A stretch of 19,219 bases of DNA from Gemmatimonadota bacterium (GTDB lineage: Bacteria; Latescibacterota; UBA2968; UBA8231), in assembly GCA_038128265.1 (NCBI GenBank), contig JAYPJE010000069.1, forward strand, positions 1 to 19,219, written 5' to 3'. Positions 1-8,694 of this stretch are shown piece by piece. Every line of letters begins with the position of its first letter. Position 1 is the first letter of the stretch. The translations under genes were made by a program, and so were the position numbers. The notes below the pieces were generated by a model. That model saw only the letters and a list, made by a program, of their open reading frames with translations, did not search any database and was not told the origin of the DNA.

Positions 1-612
1 GCTGCGCGCCGTGTGCTCGACGACGAAGTGGCCGTCGAGAAAAATGGACTGGATGCGCGTGAGCAGCGAGTGCTCGCGATTGAGATGCCCCCAGCGCGTC
101 TGTACCATGCCGACCTGTGGATCGGTGAAGTAGTGGATAACGCTGTGCAGCAAGTCGGCGGGGGGGACGAAGTCGGCGTCGAGAATGAGCACGAACTCGC
201 CTTTGGCCGACGGCAGGCCGGCGGCGAGTGCACCGGCTTTAAAACCGCTGCGCTCGCGGCGATGCAGGTAGTCGATATCCAAGCCCTCACCTGCCAAACG
301 CGAACAAATCTGGCGCGCGCGCTGACGGGTTTCGTCGGTTGAATCGTCCAGCACTTGCACGTGCAGCAGGTCGCGTGGATAGTCGAGCTGGGCGACGGCG
401 CCGATCAGGCGTTCGGCGACGTGGAACTCGTTGTAGAGCGGCAGTTGGACTGTGATTGGAGGCAGCGTGGCAAAGCGCCCGGCGGGCGCGATTGCCTCAT
501 CGCGGTGGCGCTGGAACAGGCGCAGCAGCTGGTAGCGGTGGAGCCCGTATATGCCGAGGACGATAACGATCGCACAGTAGGCTCCCAGACAGATGAGCTG
601 CCACAATTCCAT
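1..612 (-). CDS. GT2 family glycosyltransferase, cellulose-synthase-like; 3' end runs off the window
   Basis: Not in the ORF track; translated by hand from ATG at 612: MELWQLICLGAYCAIVIVLGIYGLHRY...TVQLPLYNE...QVLDDSTD...GFKAGAL...ILDADF...VQTRWGHLN...FLDGHFVVEH. It has an N-terminal TM helix and the DD, KAG and DxD motifs of processive GT2 enzymes. AGGA lies 5 nt upstream of the ATG. Confidence 0.9.
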   Translation of the reverse strand, partial: MELWQLICLGAYCAIVIVLGIYGLHRYQLLRLFQRHRDEAIAPAGRFATLPPITVQLPLYNEFHVAERLIGAVAQLDYPRDLLHVQVLDDSTDETRQRARQICSRLAGEGLDIDYLHRRERSGFKAGALAAGLPSAKGEFVLILDADFVPPADLLHSVIHYFTDPQVGMVQTRWGHLNREHSLLTRIQSIFLDGHFVVEHTARS

Positions 613-708
613 TGCCGTCCTGCAATCCCTCCGTTAAAGCAGCGCTGCCGAGCGCCGCGATGCGGGTTCTATGCCGCTGGTCCTATCTCGCGGGATGGAG
701 GCGCACCG

Positions 709-3700
709 CTATTCGTTGATGCCGTGGCAGCGCTTGTACTTCTTGCCACTTCCGCACGGGCAGGGATCGTTGCGGCCCACTTTGGGCTGATCGCGGACAA
801 TGGGCTGTTTGGGTCCGGGGGCCTCTGAGCCTCCTGGACCGGACGCGGTGACCTGACTCGGATCGTTGACGGGTTGCCCCATGGGCAAGCCACCCGAAGG
901 GGCCGTCCGTCCCGGCGCTGCGCTGGGCGCCGAACGCTCTCCGCTCTGGAAGCCCATATTGGTCGCGTCGCGATGCACAGCGCGCACGCGCTGGGGGGCC
1001 TGGCGGCGCTCGACCTGACTGGCTTCGGTATCGATGCGCAGCTGGAAGAGGTTCTTCAGCGTTTCCTGGCTTATGCGCGCGATTAGGCGCTCAAATATGT
1101 CAAAGGCGCCCTTCTTATACTCAATGAGCGGATTCTTGCCGCCGACGCCTACAAAGCCAATGCCGTCTTTTAGCTCGTCGATTTCCTGCAGATGTTCCTG
1201 CCAACAGGTGTCGATGGTATGGAGGGCAATGGCCTTTTCTACTTCGCGAAATACTTCGACGCCGACGGTATCGAGGCGGCGCTGGTAGGCTTCCTGAACC
1301 GTCTGCGTTAGCTGCGCGCGCAGGTCTTCGTAGCTGGTGGTCGCACGCTCTTCAACAGATACGGTGAAGCCGAGAAAGAACGTGCTGCCGAAGTCGACCT
1401 GCATGCCATCCCAATCCCATTCCTCGGGATGGCCTTCGGCGTTGGCAAAGTTGGCGAGGAGGAAGTCGACTTGCTCGTCGATCATTTCCTCGATAAGCTC
1501 GTGGGCGCTTTGGCGCTCCAGCAGGTCGTGGCGCCGATTGTAGATGACCTGACGCTGCTGGTTCATCACGTCGTCGTAGTCGAGGACGTGTTTGCGCATT
1601 TCAAAGTTGCGCGCCTCGACTTTCTTCTGCGCACGTTCGATCGATTTAGTGACCATGCCGTGTTCGATCACTTCGCCCTCTTCTGCGCCGAGCTTATCCA
1701 TGACCGAGGCAATGCGCTCCGAACCGAATAGGCGCATCAGGTCGTCTTCGAGCGAAAGGAAAAAGCGCGACGAGCCCGGGTCGCCTTGGCGGCCAGAGCG
1801 CCCGCGCAGCTGTCGGTCGATTCGTCGCGCCTCGTGGCGCTCGGTGCCGATGACCTGCAGGCCGCTTGGCTCGTCGATCAGGTGCTGACGCAGGGTTTTG
1901 CCGGAAGGCAGCTTGTCGTTGAGCGACATCGTCGACTCGACGATATCGCGGTCAATGCGAATTACGTTGGGCGCTAGCTTGATGTCGGTGCCGCGCCCGG
2001 CCATGTTGGTGGCAATCGTCACGGCGCCTGCCTGTCCTGCATCGGTTACGATCTGTGCTTCTTTTTCGTGGTAGCGCGCGTTGAGCAGCTGGTGTTTAAT
2101 GCCTTTGCGCGTCAGCATGCGGCTCAGCAACTCCGAGCTCTCGACCGACGCCGTGCCAACCAGCACGGGCAGGTTCATCTCGTTTAGACGTGCAACCTCG
2201 TCGATGATGGCCTGAAACTTCTCTTTGCGCGTGCGGTATATCTGGTCTTCTTGGTCGACGCGGCGCACGGGACGATTGGTGGGAATCACCGTCACGTCGA
2301 GTTTGTAAATCTCCCACAGCTCGCCGGCCTCGGTCTCAGCGGTTCCGGTCATTCCCGCCAGTTTGTGGTACATGCGGAAGAGGTTCTGCAGCGTTATGGT
2401 CGCGATGGTCTGCGTCTCGTGCTGCAGCTTGACGCCCTCTTTGGCTTCGAGAGCTTGGTGCAGGCCGTCGGAAAAGCGGCGTCCGGGCTGGGGCCGGCCG
2501 GTTGACTCGTCGATAATGACGACGCGGCCGTCTTCCGTGACCATGTATTGGACGTCTTTTTCAAAGAGGGTGTAGGCCTTCATCAACTGATTGATATTGT
2601 GCACGGCCTCGCTTTTTTCCGCGTAGCTGCGGTGTGCTTCCTCTTCCTTCAGGCGCTTGTCTTCGTCGCTGAGCGCTTCGTCGCTGCGAATGGCTTCCAC
2701 TTCGATGCTTATATCGGGCAGCACGAAAAGGGCCTGTTCGTCCGGTGAGAGCAGGTCGCGTCCCTTTTCGGTCAGGTCAATCGTGTTGGCGCGCTCGTCG
2801 ACGACAAAGTAGAGCTGTTCGTCGATTTCGCTCAGACGCTTGTCCCGCATATAGTCGGCTTCGACGCGGTTGATAAGCCGCTTAACGCCCTCTTCCTGCA
2901 AGATCCGCAGCAGGCGACGGTTCTTGGGTATGCCGCGCGTGGACTTGAGTAACTCGATGCCGAGCTCATACGAGAACTCGCCGTCTGCTTGGGCCTGTTT
3001 TTCTGCTTCAGCAACGGCCTTATTGACCAGGTTCGTCTGAGCGCGCAGCAGCTTTTCGACCAGCGGCTTCATCTGCTTGTACTGGTTGGTCGAGTCGGGC
3101 ACCGGCCCAGATAGAATGAGCGGTGTGCGCGCGTCGTCGATGAGAATGGAGTCCGCTTCGTCGACGATGGCAAAGTTAAACTCGCGCTGCATGAGGTCTT
3201 CGGTCCGCACCGACATATTGTCGCGCAAGTAGTCGAAACCGACCTGTGAGCAGGTGGCGTAGACGATATCGGCACCGTAGGCTTCTTTATGACCGACGCT
3301 CTGCCAGTCGAATTCGGTTGGTATGCCCTCGGGCGCAGGCAACAAAAATGCCTCGTGACCAGTTTGGTGGATGTCCTGGATAATGCCAACGGACAGACCT
3401 AGAAAGTTGAAGAGCGGTCCCATCCACATGCCATCGCGCCGGGCTAGGTACTCGTTGTGGGTGATCAGGTGAATACCGCGCGAGGGCAGGGCGTTCAGAT
3501 AGAGGGGCATCGTGGCGACCAGCGTCTTACCCTCGCCGGTGGCCATTTCGGCAATTTTGCCCTGGTGCAGCATAATGCCGCCGAAGACCTGAACGTCGTA
3601 GGGCTGCATTTCCCAGGTCACCGATTCGCCGGCTCGGTCCCACTCTTTGCCGACTAAGCGCCGACAGGCCTCTTTGACCATGGCGAAGGCCTCGGGCATG

Positions 3701-4017
3701 ATCTCGTTGAGGAATTCCGCTTCGTGGTCGCGGATGGCCTTGTCGAGTTCGTCTAACTCGTCGTTAAAGCGCTCGCGCAGGTCTGGTTCGAGCTCGCCGC
3801 GCAGCTCCCCTTCCAGCACGCTTAGGCGCTGTCGCTGACTGGCCGTTCGCTCGTGCATTTGCTGGCGAAACTCGGCTGTTTTTCCCTGTAACTCGCCGTC
3901 GCTGAGTGTGCTCAACTGCTGGGCAATGCGGTTGATTTCGTCAATGTTCGGCTGCGTCTTTTTAAAGTCGCGATCGGACTGCGAGCCAAAGACTTTTTTG
4001 ATCAGCGTGTTTAACAT
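709..4017 (-). CDS. secA: Preprotein translocase ATPase SecA (long 1102-aa form)
   Basis: MATGEGKT Walker [47 protein letters not shown] and a C-terminal SEC-C motif ([21 protein letters not shown]). AGGGG RBS upstream. Confidence 0.99.
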   Translation of the reverse strand: MLNTLIKKVFGSQSDRDFKKTQPNIDEINRIAQQLSTLSDGELQGKTAEFRQQMHERTASQRQRLSVLEGELRGELEPDLRERFNDELDELDKAIRDHEAEFLNEIMPEAFAMVKEACRRLVGKEWDRAGESVTWEMQPYDVQVFGGIMLHQGKIAEMATGEGKTLVATMPLYLNALPSRGIHLITHNEYLARRDGMWMGPLFNFLGLSVGIIQDIHQTGHEAFLLPAPEGIPTEFDWQSVGHKEAYGADIVYATCSQVGFDYLRDNMSVRTEDLMQREFNFAIVDEADSILIDDARTPLILSGPVPDSTNQYKQMKPLVEKLLRAQTNLVNKAVAEAEKQAQADGEFSYELGIELLKSTRGIPKNRRLLRILQEEGVKRLINRVEADYMRDKRLSEIDEQLYFVVDERANTIDLTEKGRDLLSPDEQALFVLPDISIEVEAIRSDEALSDEDKRLKEEEAHRSYAEKSEAVHNINQLMKAYTLFEKDVQYMVTEDGRVVIIDESTGRPQPGRRFSDGLHQALEAKEGVKLQHETQTIATITLQNLFRMYHKLAGMTGTAETEAGELWEIYKLDVTVIPTNRPVRRVDQEDQIYRTRKEKFQAIIDEVARLNEMNLPVLVGTASVESSELLSRMLTRKGIKHQLLNARYHEKEAQIVTDAGQAGAVTIATNMAGRGTDIKLAPNVIRIDRDIVESTMSLNDKLPSGKTLRQHLIDEPSGLQVIGTERHEARRIDRQLRGRSGRQGDPGSSRFFLSLEDDLMRLFGSERIASVMDKLGAEEGEVIEHGMVTKSIERAQKKVEARNFEMRKHVLDYDDVMNQQRQVIYNRRHDLLERQSAHELIEEMIDEQVDFLLANFANAEGHPEEWDWDGMQVDFGSTFFLGFTVSVEERATTSYEDLRAQLTQTVQEAYQRRLDTVGVEVFREVEKAIALHTIDTCWQEHLQEIDELKDGIGFVGVGGKNPLIEYKKGAFDIFERLIARISQETLKNLFQLRIDTEASQVERRQAPQRVRAVHRDATNMGFQSGERSAPSAAPGRTAPSGGLPMGQPVNDPSQVTASGPGGSEAPGPKQPIVRDQPKVGRNDPCPCGSGKKYKRCHGINE

Positions 4018-4040
4018 GGTATTCCCCTAGGTCTCCAGTA

Positions 4041-4772
4041 CTAATGGCCCTGCGCCAAGCGGTCGGCGAGAAAGTTCGGCAGGCCAACGGCGCGTATTTT
4101 CTGCTGTGTGCTTTCTATATCGTACGGGCAGCGCACGAGCTCTAGCGCGTGCTGCTCTTGGTCCCAAATGCCGTAGCAGCTTCGCCATTCGCCGTCGCGC
4201 GGTTGGCCGACACTGCCGACGTTCGCTAGGTAGCGCGCCGCCCCATTCAACTCGCATACACCCGAGCGCATCGTGCACTGGTGCATGCGGTCGCCGTGCC
4301 GTGCGCAAACAAAGGCGCGGTGGGAATGCCCGACAAAGCACAGCGAGGCAGATGTGTGATCTAGCGCCGCGCTGGCCGCTTGCACATCGGCGACGTAGCC
4401 CCAGGCGGCGGGCCGGTGCGGTTCGGCGTGCACGCAGTGGACAATTCCGTCGGTGTGTTCGAGCGGAAGCGATGCCAGATAGTAACGCTCCGCGGCCGAA
4501 AGCTGTTCCACCGTCCACTGCACGGCCGTGCGCGCAACTGCGTTGAATGCACGCGTGTCCATCAGGCCAGCTACCGCCGCATCGTGGTTGCCCATCAGCA
4601 CGGTCTGGCAGCGTTCGCGCACCAGCTGTATGCAAGCGAGCGGATCGGCGCCGTAGCCGACTAGGTCGCCCAAGCATATCCACTGCGCTACGCCGCGCTG
4701 ATGGCCCGATTTGAGTACTGCTTGCAGCGCTTCGAGGTTTGCATGAACGTCTGACAGCAAACCAACGCGCAC
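4041..4772 (-). CDS. Calcineurin-like metallophosphoesterase
   Basis: Motifs DVHAN, GDLVGYG, GNHD, VH, GHSH and NVGSVGQPRD. GTG start 4 nt after the nusB stop. Confidence 0.93.
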   Translation of the reverse strand: MRVGLLSDVHANLEALQAVLKSGHQRGVAQWICLGDLVGYGADPLACIQLVRERCQTVLMGNHDAAVAGLMDTRAFNAVARTAVQWTVEQLSAAERYYLASLPLEHTDGIVHCVHAEPHRPAAWGYVADVQAASAALDHTSASLCFVGHSHRAFVCARHGDRMHQCTMRSGVCELNGAARYLANVGSVGQPRDGEWRSCYGIWDQEQHALELVRCPYDIESTQQKIRAVGLPNFLADRLAQGH

Positions 4773-4776
4773 GCGT

Positions 4777-5244
4777 TCACACTCCCAGCCCTTGGCGCTT
4801 GGCCACGGCGTCTAGAATGCCGTTGACAAAGGCGTACGATTTGGCGGTGCTAAATGCGCGCGCCAGATCGACGGCTTCGTGGATGGCCACGCGCGCCGGC
4901 ACGTCGTCTACGTGCAGCATCTCTACCAGCCCGAGGCGCAGTATCAAGCGATCCACGCGGGCGATGCGCTCCGGACTCCAACGCGTCGACGTCTCGGCGA
5001 TCAGTATATCAATGGCGTCGCCGTGTTGATGGACCTGTTGCACTAATTGCTCGGCGAAGGTGCGCACGCCCTGCGATAGGGCGAAGCGCTCACACAGTTG
5101 GTCGACGGCTTCTTCCGCGCCGCCGGACTGGCTCATTTCCCAGTAGAGGGCCTGCAGCGCTACCTGGCGCGCTCCGCTGCGACTGTCGGGCGGCGCCTCG
5201 TCGGCCGATGAGCCGTCGCCGAAAAAATCGTCTTCTTCTTCCAT
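4777..5244 (-). CDS. nusB: Transcription antitermination factor NusB
   Basis: ARQVALQALY, WSPERIARVDRLILRLG, VAIHEAVDLARAFS and FVNGILD motifs; classic position directly after ribH. Confidence 0.97.
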   Translation of the reverse strand: MEEEDDFFGDGSSADEAPPDSRSGARQVALQALYWEMSQSGGAEEAVDQLCERFALSQGVRTFAEQLVQQVHQHGDAIDILIAETSTRWSPERIARVDRLILRLGLVEMLHVDDVPARVAIHEAVDLARAFSTAKSYAFVNGILDAVAKRQGLGV

Positions 5245-5712
5245 CTACTCGATGGAAGCCATCAGGCTGGCCATTTCGATCGCGTTCATGCCGGCGTCCC
5301 AGCCGCGATTGCCTGCTTTGACTCCCGCCCGCTGTACGGCTTGATCAACGGTGTCGGCAGTAATAACGCCAAAGGTGATGGGGACGCCGGTATCGAGGCC
5401 GACGCGAGCGATCCCCTTGGACGATTCGCCGGCTACATAGTCGAAGTGCGGCGTGTCACTGCGCACGACGCAGCCGAGGCAGATCACCACGTCAAATCGA
5501 CCGGTCTTCGCCAATTTTTGCGCGACCATGGGCAGTTCAAATGCGCCGGGCACCCAGGCCACTTCTATATCGCCATCGTCTGCGCCGTGGCGATGCAAAC
5601 AGTCTATAGCGCCGTCGTGCAGGCGCGTCGTCACCAGGTCGTTAAAGCGGCTGACGACGATGGCAAAGCGCTTTCCCTTCGCGTCGAGCTGTCCTTCGTG
5701 CACTTTGGGCAT
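5245..5712 (-). CDS. ribH: 6,7-dimethyl-8-ribityllumazine synthase
   Basis: FAIVVSRFN, VPGAFELP, TPHFDYVA and PITFGVIT motifs; 155 aa; rib cluster context. Confidence 0.98.
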   Translation of the reverse strand: MPKVHEGQLDAKGKRFAIVVSRFNDLVTTRLHDGAIDCLHRHGADDGDIEVAWVPGAFELPMVAQKLAKTGRFDVVICLGCVVRSDTPHFDYVAGESSKGIARVGLDTGVPITFGVITADTVDQAVQRAGVKAGNRGWDAGMNAIEMASLMASIE

Positions 5713-6972
5713 TTAGCCGTTTCCTTTCTCCCGTTCGCTGCCGGGAAGCAGCGTGATATGTCCCATCTTGTCGCGTTTGGTCTCTAAGTAACGCAGGTTG
5801 TGCGGATTGGGCGTGGACTCTATCGGAACTTGCTTTACGACGGAAAGTCCATAGGCCTCCAGACCTACGCGCTTCTTGGGGTTGTTGGTCAGAAAGCGCA
5901 CCTGGCGCAGTCCGAGATCGTACAGCACTTGGGCGCCAATACCGTAGTCGCGCGAGTCCGTCGGATGACCCAGCGCGTGGTTGGCTTCGATCGTATCGAG
6001 CCCCTTGCTCTGCTGCAGCTCGTAGGCTTTTAGCTTGTGCAAGATGCCGATGCCGCGCCCTTCGTGATGCTGGATGTAGACGATGACACCGCGCCCCTCG
6101 TTGACGATCATCTGCATGGAGCGCTGCAGCTGCTCTCCGCAGTCGCATAGCAGCGAGCCCAGCGCGTCGCCCGTCAGGCAGCCCGAGTGCATGCGCACCA
6201 GCGTGTCCTGCCCGTCGCTGACGTCGCCGTACACCATCGCTATGTAGGGGTTGTCGTCGACTAGGCTGCGATAGGCATAGGCGGTAAATTCGCCAAACTG
6301 CGTCGGCATGGGCGATACGGCCTCGCAGTGAACGAGCTTTTCCGTGCGACGGCGATGGGCGATCAAATCGTGGATCGTGGCAATTTTAAAGCGATGGCGC
6401 TTGGCAAATTCGAGCAAGTAGGGCGTGTCGGCGACGTTGCCGCTTTCGTCGAGAATGGCCGCCATCAGCGCCACGGGCTGAAAGTGGGCCATCAGGGCTA
6501 AATCGACCGAAGCCTCGGTGTGGCCAGCGCGTCTGAGCACGCCGCCGGCCTGTGCCATAAGCGGCGTGACGTGACCGGGTTGCTCAAAGTCTTCGGGCGT
6601 GCTGGCTGCGTCGGTTAAACGGCGTATGGTCAGGGCGCGATCAACGGCCGAAACGCCCGTTCCCTCGACGTCGCGCGCGTTAATCGAAACCATGATGGAA
6701 GCGCCGCGTGGGCCGCGGCTCCCCGTGGCCACTTCGTGTATGTCTAGCTTGGACAGGTGGTCGCGTCGGGCGGCAACGGTGGGAGGACTACCGGCGTGGC
6801 GCATCATGAAATTGATGGCATCGGCCGTCGCCAGCTCGGCGATCATCATCAGCTCGCCCTCGCCTATGACCTCGTCCCCTTCACCGCTAGTAGCGCGCTC
6901 GTCGACGACGACGACCATGCGGCCGTTTTGCAGGTCCTCTACGACTTCTTCTATCGTGTTGAAATGTGGCAC
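5713..6972 (-). CDS. ribBA: RibBA fusion: N-terminal DHBP-synthase-like domain (apparently degenerate) plus GTP cyclohydrolase II
   Basis: C-terminal half has HSGCLTGD, CDCGEQL, EGRGIG, DSRDY, LTNNPKK and YLETKRDKMGH. N-terminal half has TGVSAVDR, PGH and GGVLRRAGHTEA. Start placed at the in-frame GTG at 6972, 1 nt after the ribE stop, rather than 7002. Confidence 0.93.
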   Translation of the reverse strand: MPHFNTIEEVVEDLQNGRMVVVVDERATSGEGDEVIGEGELMMIAELATADAINFMMRHAGSPPTVAARRDHLSKLDIHEVATGSRGPRGASIMVSINARDVEGTGVSAVDRALTIRRLTDAASTPEDFEQPGHVTPLMAQAGGVLRRAGHTEASVDLALMAHFQPVALMAAILDESGNVADTPYLLEFAKRHRFKIATIHDLIAHRRRTEKLVHCEAVSPMPTQFGEFTAYAYRSLVDDNPYIAMVYGDVSDGQDTLVRMHSGCLTGDALGSLLCDCGEQLQRSMQMIVNEGRGVIVYIQHHEGRGIGILHKLKAYELQQSKGLDTIEANHALGHPTDSRDYGIGAQVLYDLGLRQVRFLTNNPKKRVGLEAYGLSVVKQVPIESTPNPHNLRYLETKRDKMGHITLLPGSEREKGNG

Positions 6973-6973
6973 T

Positions 6974-7615
6974 TCAGTATCCCATCTCGCGCAACGTTTC
7001 AAAGCTCAGTCCGGCGCTGGAATCGCTGCCGGCGGCGAGCAGGCGTTCTATATAGCGGGCGATGACATCGACTTCGAGGTTGACTGCGTCGCCGACGCGA
7101 CGTTGGCTAAGAACAGTATTATCAAATGTATGGGGGATAACGGAAATCGTAAACCCCTCGGCGCTCAGAGCGGCCACCGTCAAACTCGTGCCGTCGACGG
7201 CAATAGAGCCCTTGCCGGCGATATAGCGCTGTAGCTCGGGGGGGGCGGCGATGCGAATGCGCCACTCCCCGTCGGCCTGCTGCAGTGAAGCGATGTGCCC
7301 TACGCCATCGACGTGCCCTTGCACTAGGTGCCCTCCCAGCCGGTCGCCTAGCTGCATGGCGCGTTCGAGGTTGACGGCTCGGCCACTTTGAAACTGGCCG
7401 AGCGTCGTGCGGCTAAGCGTTTCGGCAACGGTTTCTACGCTAAAGCTCGCGCCGTCGAAAGCGACGACGGTTTGGCAGGCTCCATCGACGTTTACGCTGT
7501 CGCCCACGGCCATGCCCTCGAGCACGGCTGTGGCGGCAATGTGCATGCGTTGAAAAGAGCCCTGGCGCGCCACGTGGCGCACGTGCCCCACTTCTTCTAC
7601 GAGTCCTGTGAACAC
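6974..7615 (-). CDS. ribE: Riboflavin synthase (alpha chain; ribC in E. coli nomenclature)
   Basis: N-terminal MFTG signature, VNLERAM, LGGHLVQGHVDG, KGSIAVDGTSLTV and VNLEVD; overlaps the end of ribD. Confidence 0.97.
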   Translation of the reverse strand: MFTGLVEEVGHVRHVARQGSFQRMHIAATAVLEGMAVGDSVNVDGACQTVVAFDGASFSVETVAETLSRTTLGQFQSGRAVNLERAMQLGDRLGGHLVQGHVDGVGHIASLQQADGEWRIRIAAPPELQRYIAGKGSIAVDGTSLTVAALSAEGFTISVIPHTFDNTVLSQRRVGDAVNLEVDVIARYIERLLAAGSDSSAGLSFETLREMGY

Positions 7616-8694
7616 GGGTACTCCACCTCGGCAGTGTAGAGCAGATCATCGCCCAAGCGGCGCGTGCACACGCCTTTCAGCGCAATGCTGCTTGCGATCT
7701 GCTCGATGTGTAAGTCGGCGACGGCGGCGATGCCTTCTCCGAGAATGCGCGGGGCCAGATAAATATGCACCTGGTCGACCAGCCGCGCGCGCAGAAAGGC
7801 CGCGGCCAGTTGGCCTCCGCCTTCGACGATCAGACTGGTTATATCTTCTTCGGCGGCGCGCCGTGCAAAAGAGCGCAGGTCGATGCGACCGCGCTGTGTC
7901 GAAAAGGTCCATACGTGGGCGCCGGCTGCTTCGACGGCGCGCCGTTTGGCCGCCGGGGCCGTCTTGCCGGTGGCCAGTATGGCGCCCGGCTGCGCGAAGA
8001 GCTTGGCGCTTGGGCGGGCGCGCAAACGCCCGTCAATGGCAATGGGGCGCGGACTGCGACCCCTGACGTGGCGCACGCTGAGCAGGGGGTCATCGGCTAT
8101 CAGCGTGTTGGCTCCCACGGCAACGGCGTCGACGTAGGAGCGCCAGCGATGGGCGTGGCGCCGCGCGGCTTCCCCCGTTATCCAGCGCGCGTCCCCGCCC
8201 CGTGCGGCAATGCGCCCGTCGAGGGTTTGTGCCAGCTTGAGAATGGTGTAGGGGCGCTGCTGTGTGCGATGGGTGATATAGGCCGCATGCAGCGCGGCAG
8301 CCTCGTCGCCCAGCAGGCCGACGTCGACGTGAACACCATGGCGTCGCAGGTGGGCGATGCCGCGCCCGTTGACGCGCCTGTCGGGATCCTCTAGTGCGCA
8401 GTACACCTTTTTTACGCCCGCCTCTACTACGGCCTGGCAGCAGGGCGGCGTGCGTCCGTGAAAGGAGCAGGGTTCCAAGGTGACGTATAGGGTCGCCCCC
8501 CGCGCCAGGTTGGCCGCAGTGGCAAAGGCGTTGACTTCGGCGTGCGCGCCGCCCACCGGGCTGGTCACGCCCTCGCCGACGATGCGCCCATTGCGCACGA
8601 CGACGGCGCCGACGGTGGGGTTGGGGTTGGCGCGCCCGCGCGCGCGCCGCGCTAAGGCCAGCGCGCGCCGCATATAGGTCGCATGGTCGTTCAT
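7597..8694 (-). CDS. ribD: Bifunctional pyrimidine deaminase/reductase RibD
   Basis: PNPTVGAV, HAE and EPCSFHGRTPPC zinc-deaminase motifs, followed by reductase motifs KLAQTLDG, WITGEAAR, DDPLL and VEGGG. ATGA overlap with the upstream gene. Confidence 0.98.
   Translation of the reverse strand: MNDHATYMRRALALARRARGRANPNPTVGAVVVRNGRIVGEGVTSPVGGAHAEVNAFATAANLARGATLYVTLEPCSFHGRTPPCCQAVVEAGVKKVYCALEDPDRRVNGRGIAHLRRHGVHVDVGLLGDEAAALHAAYITHRTQQRPYTILKLAQTLDGRIAARGGDARWITGEAARRHAHRWRSYVDAVAVGANTLIADDPLLSVRHVRGRSPRPIAIDGRLRARPSAKLFAQPGAILATGKTAPAAKRRAVEAAGAHVWTFSTQRGRIDLRSFARRAAEEDITSLIVEGGGQLAAAFLRARLVDQVHIYLAPRILGEGIAAVADLHIEQIASSIALKGVCTRRLGDDLLYTAEVEYPCSQDS

Noticed and set aside
613..708. Riboswitch or terminator between secA and the GT2 gene
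   Set aside because: Only weak GC pairings are present; there is no U-tract and no recognisable aptamer.
13..828. Plus-strand ORFs 13-342 and 355-828
   Set aside because: They are antisense shadows of the minus-strand GT2 gene and the end of secA, with no recognisable motifs.
709..4017. Accessory SecA2 system (SecA next to a glycosyltransferase)
   Set aside because: This SecA is full length with a SEC-C zinc motif. No secY2, asp or serine-rich substrate genes are seen, and the GT is GT2 rather than GtfA/B-like.
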